Shown: positions 37,774 through 45,862 of the stretch, one piece after another
Numbering within the stretch: position 1 is the stretch's first letter
Layout of the letters: each line of letters begins with the position of its first letter
Notes under the pieces: generated by a model
What the model was told of the DNA's origin: nothing
The model's input: the letters and a program-made list of their open reading frames with translations, nothing else
Databases searched by the model: none
Made by a program: the position numbers and the translations under genes
From: an uncultured Acidobacteriota bacterium
GTDB lineage: Bacteria; Acidobacteriota; Vicinamibacteria; Vicinamibacterales; 2-12-FULL-66-21
NCBI GenBank assembly: GCA_963810305.1
Contig: CAWEMY010000011.1
Coordinates: forward strand, 72,912-136,911
DNA length: 64,000 nucleotides
Direction of reading: 5' to 3'

Positions 37774-39102
37774 TCAATTGGGGACGATCAGCGCGTCGCG
37801 CTTGGTGTCGTACGCCGCCGCGGCGGCGTTGGTGAAGGTCAGTGCGGGCGTGCCGGGCGGCGCGTTCCGGACGATGCGTTTCGGGCCTGCGTTGCCGCTG
37901 GCGTCACGATCGAAAATCAGCGCGGTGTGATCCGAGTAATTGGCCACCCAGATCTCGTTGCGCGTGGCGTCTACCTTGACGTCCACCGGACCGACGATTC
38001 CGGTCCGGTCACCTCGAAGAACGCGCTTCGGCGCGACATCGCCTTCCGCCGTGCGTTGGAAGATGTGGATTGAGTTGTCGCCGTAGTTGGCGACCAGGAT
38101 CTCGTCGCGCTGCGCATCGACGTCGAGGCCCATCGGCCAGTTCAGACCTGTGCGGCTGCCGCTGATCGAGCGGACGGGTTTCGTGTTGCCTTCGGCCGAC
38201 GCCGCGAAGATGCGGATAGACGGAGGCTCGAAGCGGCCCGGCTCATACACCTGTGGCGTCTTCGACAGAGGGTCGTAGGGGCTGTACGGACGAAGCTCGG
38301 TCCAGTTGCCATGGTTGGCGACGACCAGCTCTTTCCGGTTGTCGTCGTATGCAATGCCGTGCGGATCCGCCAGACCGGTGTCGTAACCGCGGAGCGACCG
38401 AACCGGCGGGTCCATGTTCTGCGCGCCACGGCGGTAGAAGACTATGCCGCTCAACTGCTGAACCGAGACCGCGATCTCGTCGCGCGCCATACTGAGCGCA
38501 ATGCCCCACGACTGGTGCGGGGTCTCGAGGCCTCGTACTGGACGCACGGCGCCGGTCTGGTCGTAGCCAAAGATGACCACGCCGCCGCCATCGTTGTTGG
38601 CGGTGTAGACTTCCTTCCGTTCCGGATCGACAGCGACGCCTGCGATGAAGCCGATCCCGGCGTCGGGTCCCATGATGTGTGTCTGTGGATCGGTGATCGC
38701 CGGGGTATTGCCCCCCGCCGTCGTGGAGTACGAGAGCACACCCGACAGGCTCGAGTCGCTGAAGAATGCCCGCCCGGCCGCCGGGTCGATCGCCAGGCCG
38801 CCAAACGTGGGGTACGGATCGAACACGGTGCGCGCCGGCATGACATCGACGACGGCAGACTCCTCCAGCGGCCATTCGTACTTACTCTTGCGTACGACCT
38901 TGTCCGTGAGCCGCCCGCCGGCGCCGCCACCGCGAGTTTGCCGGAAGGCCGATCCTTCCGGCGGCATCAGACACATCTCGGATTCCGCCGGCGAGCGCAG
39001 CAGCGCCTTCAACGCGTCCGCCTCGACGAGCTGCTGATGGCGTCCGCCAGTCATCACCAGCGTGATGACGGCGCCGGCACAAAATAGAAGTCGCTTTCGC
39101 AT
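37774..39102 (-). CDS. Secreted beta-propeller repeat protein, portion upstream of the in-frame TGA (paralog of 3320..4663)
   Basis: Signal-like MRKRLLFCAGAVITLVMTGG. Same blade motif (LVANYGDNSIHIFQRTAEGDVAPKRVL.., WVANYSDHTALIFDRDASGNAGPKRIV..). Ends ..DALIVPN-TGA. Confidence 0.8.
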   Translation of the reverse strand: MRKRLLFCAGAVITLVMTGGRHQQLVEADALKALLRSPAESEMCLMPPEGSAFRQTRGGGAGGRLTDKVVRKSKYEWPLEESAVVDVMPARTVFDPYPTFGGLAIDPAAGRAFFSDSSLSGVLSYSTTAGGNTPAITDPQTHIMGPDAGIGFIAGVAVDPERKEVYTANNDGGGVVIFGYDQTGAVRPVRGLETPHQSWGIALSMARDEIAVSVQQLSGIVFYRRGAQNMDPPVRSLRGYDTGLADPHGIAYDDNRKELVVANHGNWTELRPYSPYDPLSKTPQVYEPGRFEPPSIRIFAASAEGNTKPVRSISGSRTGLNWPMGLDVDAQRDEILVANYGDNSIHIFQRTAEGDVAPKRVLRGDRTGIVGPVDVKVDATRNEIWVANYSDHTALIFDRDASGNAGPKRIVRNAPPGTPALTFTNAAAAAYDTKRDALIVPN

Positions 39103-39243
39103 AGATCCTCAGCAGGTACCGGGCGCACACGCCCGTGGAAAGGTCATACCTTACTCGTCCAGCGTAACGATAACATGGGGTCCCGCACCCCGCCAACGGC
39201 CGGCAGCGGCGTTGCGCGCTCGCGCGGCATAAGATGAATCGTC

Positions 39244-40188
39244 ATGGCTGATCTGCCTCTCAAGACTGCGCTCGCTACCTACGGACAGACCAGGGCGCTC
39301 AAAGACCGAACTGTCCGGCCACCATCATTCACCTTCGAGTTCGAGGAGGTGCCGAAGATCATTCAGGCGTTCCGCCGGATGGTGCGCGGACTGGAGTTCG
39401 ATGTCGCCGAGATGGCGATCACCACTTACATCTGCGCGCGAGCGCACGGCAAGGCCTTCACCGCCATCCCCGTGTTCCCGATGCGCGCGTTCCATCACGG
39501 CGCGATCCTCTACAACACGCAATCGGGGATCAAGACCCCCAAGGACCTCGAGGGGAGAAGGGTAGGAGTCAATCGCGGCTACACCGTCACGACTGGACTG
39601 TGGGCCCGCAGCATCCTCCAGCACGAGTACGGCGTCGACCTGACGAAGGTGACATGGGTGCTTTCCGGCGACGAACACGTCAGCGAGTACCGGCCGCCGT
39701 CCAACGTAGTGTCCCTCGAAGCCGGGAGCACCCTGGAAGATCAGCTTGCCTCGGGAGGGGTCGTGGCGGCCATCGGTGTGCCCATCGACTCGCCTGACGT
39801 CAGGCCGCTCATCCCGGACGCGCCGGAAGCGGGCTTCCGCGCCATGCGCGAGCGCGGACTCTATCCGATCAACCATACGGTGGTCATCAAGAACGCGGTT
39901 CTCGACGCCCATCCAGGACTGGCGCGAGAGGTCTTTGCAGCTTTTTCCGAAGCGAAGCGGCTGTATGTGGAACCGCTTCAGGCGGACCGGATCGAGGCTC
40001 CATCCCCGAGCGACAAGGTATTCCGGCGGGTCGCCGCACTGATCGGTGACCCGCTGCCTTACGGTATCGAGCCGAACCGTCGCGTCCTCGAAGCGATTAT
40101 TCAGTACAGCGTTGAGCAGAAAATCATCGAGCGGGCCGTGGCAGTCGACGACCTGTTTGCGGCCGGCACCCACGGACTCCTCGGGTGA
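39244..40188 (+). CDS. 4,5-dihydroxyphthalate decarboxylase-like protein (periplasmic-binding-protein fold, PhtD family)
   Basis: ..FDVAEMAITTYI....G..FTAIPVFPMRAFHHGAILY.. resembles the PhtD/NMT1-like family. The assignment comes from motif memory only. Confidence 0.5.
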   Translation: MADLPLKTALATYGQTRALKDRTVRPPSFTFEFEEVPKIIQAFRRMVRGLEFDVAEMAITTYICARAHGKAFTAIPVFPMRAFHHGAILYNTQSGIKTPKDLEGRRVGVNRGYTVTTGLWARSILQHEYGVDLTKVTWVLSGDEHVSEYRPPSNVVSLEAGSTLEDQLASGGVVAAIGVPIDSPDVRPLIPDAPEAGFRAMRERGLYPINHTVVIKNAVLDAHPGLAREVFAAFSEAKRLYVEPLQADRIEAPSPSDKVFRRVAALIGDPLPYGIEPNRRVLEAIIQYSVEQKIIERAVAVDDLFAAGTHGLLG

Positions 40189-40194
40189 ACCCCA

Positions 40195-40767
40195 CTAGCG
40201 GTTCCCGAAGTTGACCTTCGGCGCCTGCTGCGCGTCCGCCGGAGCGGCGAAGTAGGGATACTCGCCGAACCCGAAGATCTTGGCCGTCACGTTCGAGGGG
40301 AACCGCCGGCGCGTCGTGTTGTACTCCTGGATTTTTTCGTTGTAGCGGCCGCGTGCGACCGCGATCCGGTTCTCGGTGCCCGACAACTCGTCCATCAACC
40401 GCTGGAAGTTCACGTCGGACTTGAGGTTCGGATAGTTCTCCACAACGACGAGCAGGCGCGCGAGCGCGGAGGACTGTTCATTGGCCGCCGCGATCGTCTC
40501 TTCCGGCGTCTTGGCACCGGCGAGGCGCGCGCGGGAGTCGGCAATCCGCGTGAATATCTCTTTCTCCTGCGCCGCATAACCCTTGACCGTCTCGACGAGA
40601 TTCGGGATCAGATCGTTGCGTCGCAGCAGCTGGTTCTGCACCTCCCCCCACGACGCCTTGATCGCCTCTTCCTGCGTGGTGAACTTGTTGTACGAACAAC
40701 CCGACAACCCTGTCACCACGAGCGCGGCAACGACGAAATTCAGAATCACTCCTGCACGTTTCATCAT
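40195..40767 (-). CDS. lemA: LemA family protein
   Basis: ATGATG at 40767 preceded by AAGGAGA. Lipoprotein-like leader ..VVTGLSGCSYN. WGEVQNQLLRRNDLIPNLVETVKGYA.. is the LemA core. Confidence 0.85.
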   Translation of the reverse strand: MMKRAGVILNFVVAALVVTGLSGCSYNKFTTQEEAIKASWGEVQNQLLRRNDLIPNLVETVKGYAAQEKEIFTRIADSRARLAGAKTPEETIAAANEQSSALARLLVVVENYPNLKSDVNFQRLMDELSGTENRIAVARGRYNEKIQEYNTTRRRFPSNVTAKIFGFGEYPYFAAPADAQQAPKVNFGNR

Positions 40768-40776
40768 CGTCTCCTT

Positions 40777-40846
40777 AGCACGTAGCACGTAGCACGTAGC
40801 ACGTAGCACGTAGCACGTAGCACGTCGCACGTCGCACGTGGCACGT
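40777..40846. repeat. Tandem heptamer array (AGCACGT x7, CGCACGT x2, GGCACGT x1)
   Basis: Counted directly. Lies between the TPM gene stop and the lemA RBS. Reverse complement of the array at 43372-43430. Confidence 0.95.
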
Positions 40847-40852
40847 GGTTTG

Positions 40853-41665
40853 TCACCATCCGCCAGAGGCGCCGCCACCACCAGACCGGCCACCGCCAAA
40901 TCCGCCGAACCCGCCACCGCCGCCGCCGCCGAATCCACCTCCGCCGAAGCCACCGAAGCCGCCGCCATAGCCGCCACCGAAGCCCCCGCCGAACGGCCCG
41001 ACCCCGCTCGACCAGCCGAACGGCCCGCCCCAGCGCCGGCGCCGCCGCCGGCCTCCGCCACGGCTCATCAGGATGAAGATGATGATCATCATCACGATCA
41101 TCCCGAGCGGGGGCCCCCGCCGCGTGCGGCGCTGCACCGGCGCGGTCTCACGCGGCACGTCCTGGAGGCGCACGCCGCGGCCCTCGGCGATGCGATTGAT
41201 GATGGCGGTGGTGCCGCTGACGAGTCCCGGACCGTAGCGCCCGTCGCGGAAGTGGGGCGCCATTCGCTCGCGGATGATCTGCCCGGCGAAGCCATCGGTG
41301 ACGAACCCTTCGAGATCGTAGCCAACCTCGATGCCGATCTTCCGTTCGGCCGCGGCGACAGCGATCAGAAGTCCGTTGTCTTTGCCCTTCTTGCCGATGC
41401 CGCGCCCGGCATTCTCGAACATCTTCACTTTGAACTCGTCCATGTCGGCGAATCCTTCGATGTTCGGGACGGTGACGACCGCGACGACGTCGCCAGTGGC
41501 GGACATCAAGGTGTGGATCCGGCGTTCGAGCTCCGCCTTGCTTGCCGGATCGATGATGTTCGCGACATCGTTGACCGCGCCGGTCAGCTGCGGCGTCGGC
41601 GGTTGCGCGAAGATCTCACCGGCGCCCGCGATGAGACAGCAGGCAAGAACAAGGCTTCGGGTCAT
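40853..41665 (-). CDS. TPM-domain protein (YgcG-like) with Gly-rich C-terminal tail
   Basis: LTGAVNDVANIIDP..., ..GLLIAVAAAERKIGIEVGYDLEG is the TPM_phosphatase core. A TM helix is followed by a GGGFGG-rich tail. Classic pairing with lemA. Confidence 0.8.
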   Translation of the reverse strand: MTRSLVLACCLIAGAGEIFAQPPTPQLTGAVNDVANIIDPASKAELERRIHTLMSATGDVVAVVTVPNIEGFADMDEFKVKMFENAGRGIGKKGKDNGLLIAVAAAERKIGIEVGYDLEGFVTDGFAGQIIRERMAPHFRDGRYGPGLVSGTTAIINRIAEGRGVRLQDVPRETAPVQRRTRRGPPLGMIVMMIIIFILMSRGGGRRRRRRWGGPFGWSSGVGPFGGGFGGGYGGGFGGFGGGGFGGGGGGGFGGFGGGRSGGGGASGGW

Positions 41666-42390
41666 GTGCGCTTCCACTCGTCCACGAACTCCCAGATGCG
41701 ATCGACCGCGGCGATGTACTGTTCGAGAAGGGCGGTCGGCTCTGCGATTGTGGACGATCGTCCGGCCCTTCCTTTGGCGAATACTTCCCGCGTCAATTCC
41801 GCCGGGACGCCGAGAAGCGTTTGCGCCTCTTCGGCGACGTCATGGTGCGCGCCGGCCGCTGGCGCCTGACGCACCAGCCAGACCAGGTTTTCCAGAAGCC
41901 GGCGGAATCCTTCGGCGGAGGCGCCGATCAGCCGGGACACCGCTCGAGGATCTCCTCCAGACTCGAGAAACCCTTCCCGCAGGTGAATGAGGTGGCTCTT
42001 CGCCTGAAGCTCGCAGGCGCGCCGGAGGTCGGCCTCGGAGACCGTCAAGCCTTCGAACGGGTCGCTGCCCTCTATCACGACGTGATGCGCGAGGATGTCG
42101 CCGTATTCGAGGGGGAAGACGTCCAGCGTTCGGATGAACTCGTGCTCTTCCAGCAGCAGGGGAACTTCGAGGCCCCGCACGTTCCACCCGGTCGCCAACG
42201 GCACGCACGCTGCCAGGTCCTCGAAGGTCAGCCGGTCGACCAGCACGAGCGTGTGGGTGTCGCCATCAGGATCGTGTTCGAGGCCGTAGGCGCAGATCGA
42301 CAGCAGCCGATGGCCGAAGACGCGCCGGAGATCCGCGGCCAGCACTGCGAGAGACCGCCGCTTCTCCGAGGAAAGCGTCGCTGAAGACAT
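41662..42390 (-). CDS. Hypothetical protein (possible nucleotidyltransferase-fold)
   Basis: ATG 42390 within ORF 41662..42507 (MSSATLSSEKRR..). No confident family assignment. Confidence 0.4.
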   Translation of the reverse strand: MSSATLSSEKRRSLAVLAADLRRVFGHRLLSICAYGLEHDPDGDTHTLVLVDRLTFEDLAACVPLATGWNVRGLEVPLLLEEHEFIRTLDVFPLEYGDILAHHVVIEGSDPFEGLTVSEADLRRACELQAKSHLIHLREGFLESGGDPRAVSRLIGASAEGFRRLLENLVWLVRQAPAAGAHHDVAEEAQTLLGVPAELTREVFAKGRAGRSSTIAEPTALLEQYIAAVDRIWEFVDEWKRT

Positions 42391-42409
42391 CAATCTATTA
42401 TTAACCGCG

Positions 42410-43372
42410 ATGCAATTACGCAGCCTGAACGTCGGCTGCTTCGGCGGCGGCACGGGCCTGCCGAGTCTGCTCGGGGGGCTCAAGAGCAATCCGTGGCTCA
42501 CCGTCAACGCCGTGGTGACGATGTTCGACAGCGGCGGGAGCTCGGGTCAGTTACGCGACGAACTTGGCGTCCTGCCGCCGGGCGATGTTCTGAAGTGCGC
42601 GCTCGCACTCGCGCGCAACGAGCGCGAAGCGCGGCGCGTTCTCCTGTCGCGGATGCCGCTGCCCGAGCACGTGCGATTGCGTGGTCATACCAGCGGCAAT
42701 CTGCTGCTGTCGATGATGGAGCGGTACAGCGGGGACTTCGTCGCCGCGGTCAATGGTCTGTGCGCGCTGCTCGGCTGCCGTGGACGGGTGTGGCCGGTGA
42801 GCACCGAGCAGGCGACAATCTGCGCCGAGTATGGCGACGGGTCGAGCACGCGAGGCGAAGTGGAGGTCGATGCCGGGCAGTCCGCCGGCCACGCGGTCGA
42901 GCGACTCTGGCTCGAGCCTGAGGTCACCCTCCATGAATCGGCCGCACGCGCGATCGCGTCATTTGACGCGATCGTGATCGGTCCCGGCAGCTTTTATACC
43001 AGCCTGTTGCCGATCTTTCTCGTGAAGGGATCAGCGGCCGCGATTCGGGAAGTCAAGGGCCCGGTGATTCTCGTGACGAATCTGCTGACCGAGGGCAGCG
43101 GCATGGCGAAGTTCACAGCCGGCGAAGCAGTCCGTAAGATCAGCGACGCCATCGGTCGCCAGGTCGATGTCGCGCTGGTCAACACGTCGACGCCCGGCGA
43201 GGAAACCCTCGCGCAGTACCGGCAGGAGCACAAGACACCCCTCCCGATCGGCGATATCCCATCGTCGTGCGAGGTCGTGCTCGGTGAGTTCTGGTGCCGC
43301 GACATCGCGCGCCACGATCGGAGGCGGCTCGCGACGGCGGTCTGGGCGGTGTTAGCGAGGCGGATGCTGTAA
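42410..43372 (+). CDS. YvcK/CofD-family protein (gluconeogenesis factor-like)
   Basis: NVGCFGGGTGLPSLLGGLK..VVTMFDSGGSSG.. is the YvcK/CofD signature. Confidence 0.8.
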   Translation: MQLRSLNVGCFGGGTGLPSLLGGLKSNPWLTVNAVVTMFDSGGSSGQLRDELGVLPPGDVLKCALALARNEREARRVLLSRMPLPEHVRLRGHTSGNLLLSMMERYSGDFVAAVNGLCALLGCRGRVWPVSTEQATICAEYGDGSSTRGEVEVDAGQSAGHAVERLWLEPEVTLHESAARAIASFDAIVIGPGSFYTSLLPIFLVKGSAAAIREVKGPVILVTNLLTEGSGMAKFTAGEAVRKISDAIGRQVDVALVNTSTPGEETLAQYRQEHKTPLPIGDIPSSCEVVLGEFWCRDIARHDRRRLATAVWAVLARRML

Positions 43373-43430
43373 CGTGCGACGTGCGACGTGCGACGTGCGG
43401 ACGTGCGACGTGCGGACGTGCGGACGTGGG
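43372..43430. repeat. Tandem heptamer/octamer array ACGTGCG(G) x8
   Basis: Counted directly. Starts at the last base of the yvcK-like stop codon. Confidence 0.95.
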
Positions 43431-43486
43431 TGGTCTTGAGCCACTGAACGGATTCCTCCTGCGCGGCGTCTTGCCTGTATTACCGA

Positions 43487-44038
43487 ATGAATGACCTGGC
43501 GGGCGGCTTTCCCGGGACGTTCGTGAGCGCCGATCACGGCCTGGCGCGGGAGTTCGAAGAACGGCTACGGGACTCCGGAACGCTGGCTTTCCGGGTCGCG
43601 TACAGCGTCCTGCGGCATCGCGAAGATGCTGAAGACGTCGCCCAGGAATCACTCGCCAAGGCCTACCGCAGCTTCGCCCAACTGCGCGATCGCGAGCGTT
43701 TTCGCGCCTGGCTCGTGCGGACGACCTGGCGGATGGCCCTGGACCGCCGACGGGGTGATCGCCGGCGCCTCGGCCGGGAGCAGGTGGTGATCGGTTCCGA
43801 GTCCGTGTCCACCGAGGACGTAGTCGCGGAACGCGAGCGCGCGGCCCTGCTCTGGACCGCCATCGACTCGCTTCCGGAAAAGCTTCGTCTGGTCACTGTT
43901 CTCTCCGGGATCGAGGGGCACGACACTCGCGACGTGGCCTCGATGCTCGGGATTCCTGAAGGGACCGTACGCTCTCGTCTGTTTCTGGCCCGGAAGAGCC
44001 TGGCGGAGAAACTGCAATGGCTGTCGACAAACACATAG
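43487..44038 (+). CDS. ECF-type RNA polymerase sigma-70 factor
   Basis: Region 2 ..AEDVAQESLAKAYRSF..FRAWL..T.R.ALD. Region 4 ..EGHDTRDVASMLGIPEGTVRSRLFLARKSL. Confidence 0.85.
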   Translation: MNDLAGGFPGTFVSADHGLAREFEERLRDSGTLAFRVAYSVLRHREDAEDVAQESLAKAYRSFAQLRDRERFRAWLVRTTWRMALDRRRGDRRRLGREQVVIGSESVSTEDVVAERERAALLWTAIDSLPEKLRLVTVLSGIEGHDTRDVASMLGIPEGTVRSRLFLARKSLAEKLQWLSTNT

Positions 44039-44608
44039 ACGTCCCGGACGAGTTCGATGCGCTCCTGCGGAAGGCGCTGTCGGTCGAACCCTCTTCTGCC
44101 TTTCTGCCACGGGTGCGCGAACGAATCAGTGAGCAGCCGCATGGGCTGCATCGGAACTGGCGTCTCTGGCTCACCGGCGCCGCAGCGGCGGTCGTCTGCG
44201 TAGCCGCGGTAGTCGTCGGCACGAGGAGGGATGGTGCGTCCGGCTCCGGCTGCGGTGCCTCAGTCACCGGTAGTCCAGCAGGCGCGGCCGATCGCAGGAC
44301 CCTCGGTGCCGAAGACTGCGGCTCCGGCCGTTCCGAAGCCGTCGCATCGGCGTACTGCCGCACCCCGGACGGTTCCCTTTGCCGCGCGGTCATTGGACCA
44401 GCCTGTCGTCATCGTCGACGACCGGCAGCGTGCGGCGTTGACCGTGGTCATGCGGATGGTGAGTGAGGGACGGCTCACCGAAGACACCTTCAAGCAAACG
44501 ACGCCCCCTTCGATGCAGCCGATCCGCGACTTCGTGGTGCCGATTGGTGTGAAGCCGGTGGAACTGAGTCCGATAGCGGTCGGCGGCGTCTTGCAGTCTG
44601 AGAAGTGA
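44017..44608 (+). CDS. Putative anti-sigma factor (single TM), frame change after the TM helix
   Basis: ORF 44017..44466 gives the N-part with TM helix WLTGAAAAVVCVAAVVVG and overlaps the sigma gene. A protein-like Pro-rich/C-terminal part is in ORF 44231..44608. Junction near 44222-44232. Confidence 0.5.
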
Positions 44609-44644
44609 TCGACATTGGGCTGAAAGGCCCGTGAGGAGTCCATC

Positions 44645-45232
44645 GTGAAGAAGATCATCGCCGTTCTGGTACTTCCCCTCATCGCTGCGACAGCGTTGAC
44701 CGCGAGCGCGCAGGACTCGACGAAACCTGGCGGATCCCAGAGCGCGAGTACGCAGGTGCCGCTGAAGGTACAGCTGGTGGTCTCGCGCTACTCCGGCGAG
44801 AAGAAGATCAGCAGCGTCCCCTACATTCTGTCGGTCGTTGCCAACGACAACGACAAGACGAGCCTGAGGATGGGCGTGGACGTACCGGTGCCGGCAGAGC
44901 TGTTTTCAGCTGGTCCGAAAGCGGACAACGCCACCATTCCGACGACCAGCTACAGCTACCGCTCGGTCGGCACGAACATCGACTGTGCCGCGCGGACGAT
45001 CGACGGCATCCTGTTCAAGCTGGATCTCGGCGTGTCGGATACGTCCGTGTTCATCCCCGAGAAGGCAGCCACCGGGGCCGGTGGCCTCGCCGGAATTCCG
45101 GCATTTCGATCGTTCACATCGACCTTCAACGTTCTGCTGAAGGACGGCCAGACCACGCAGCACACCTCCGCGACTGATTCGGTCAGCGGGGAAGTCCTGC
45201 GCGTCGACGTGACGTTAACGGTGCTGAAGTAG
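44645..45232 (+). CDS. Secreted hypothetical beta-rich protein
   Basis: GTG start, signal peptide MKKIIAVLVLPLIAATALTASAQ. Third gene of the ECF module. No family recognised. Confidence 0.5.
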   Translation: MKKIIAVLVLPLIAATALTASAQDSTKPGGSQSASTQVPLKVQLVVSRYSGEKKISSVPYILSVVANDNDKTSLRMGVDVPVPAELFSAGPKADNATIPTTSYSYRSVGTNIDCAARTIDGILFKLDLGVSDTSVFIPEKAATGAGGLAGIPAFRSFTSTFNVLLKDGQTTQHTSATDSVSGEVLRVDVTLTVLK

Positions 45233-45243
45233 GTGGTTGTTCC

Positions 45244-45353
45244 GCGGAGCGGGATGCGGGATGCGGATGCGGATGCGAAATAGCGACAACTAACGGTCGC
45301 GCCGCCCCGCGCCCCGCGCCCGACACCCCGCGAACTGCGCCCCGCGCCCCGCG
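45244..45353. terminator. Composite repeat/hairpin region between convergent genes
   Basis: GGGATGC/GGATGC array (45244-45276), central hairpin GCGAC-N8-GTCGC (45283-45300), CCCCGCG array (45305-45353). The arms are only partly complementary. Confidence 0.5.
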
Positions 45354-45792
45354 CTACTTGATGATCGCGCCCGTCGCCTTGATCTGGTACTTTTTCGACG
45401 CCTTGGCGTCGTGCGTCGCATGTTCGCTCGCTGCTTCGGCGCCGTGCTCGTCCTTCGGCGCGATCTCTTCGAACACGCCTTCGGCGGAGACCTTCTTGCC
45501 CTTCGCCGACACCGGGAACACGATCACGCCGTCTTCTACTTTCAACCGGACGGTCGGCGCATCCTTGTGCATCGCTGTCGCCAACCGCAAGCCAGCAGCC
45601 CATGCTCTGGCAGACGGCGGTGGCGACGCCGTCCACACGGATGGTCTTGCCGACGTAGTCGCCTGGCTTTTCGATCAGCGCCTTGATCGGCGTTGCGTCC
45701 TTCAGAGTCACGCCCGCGCCGAGCCTGGTGTCTTCCGCCGAAACCGCTACCGTTGCAGCCGCGAGCACGCACGCGGCAACTAGTGCTTTCAT
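45354..45792 (-). CDS. DUF4920 domain-containing secreted protein, frame-disrupted
   Basis: The N-part (MKALVAACVLAAATVAVSAED..VCQSMGCWLAV) is in the frame of 44956..45792. The C-part (..KDAPTVRLKVEDGVIVFPVSAKGKKV..) is in ORF 45354..45638. Junction near 45563-45573. Confidence 0.6.
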
Positions 45793-45862
45793 CCTGCCTC
45801 CCTGTATTCTTGAATTGTAGCCTTCAACCCTTCAACCTTACTTCAGCCTTCGACCTTCAGCA

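Noticed and set aside
40777-40846. Tandem repeat arrays as CRISPR arrays
   Set aside because: The units are 7-9 nt with no unique spacers, and no cas genes are in the window. They are simple tandem repeats.
40768-41061. N-terminal extension of the LemA ORF (40195..41061) and overlap with the TPM gene tail
   Set aside because: The extension translates the heptamer array and the antisense strand of the Gly-rich tail. A strong AAGGAGA RBS and a lipoprotein-like leader support the ATG at 40767.
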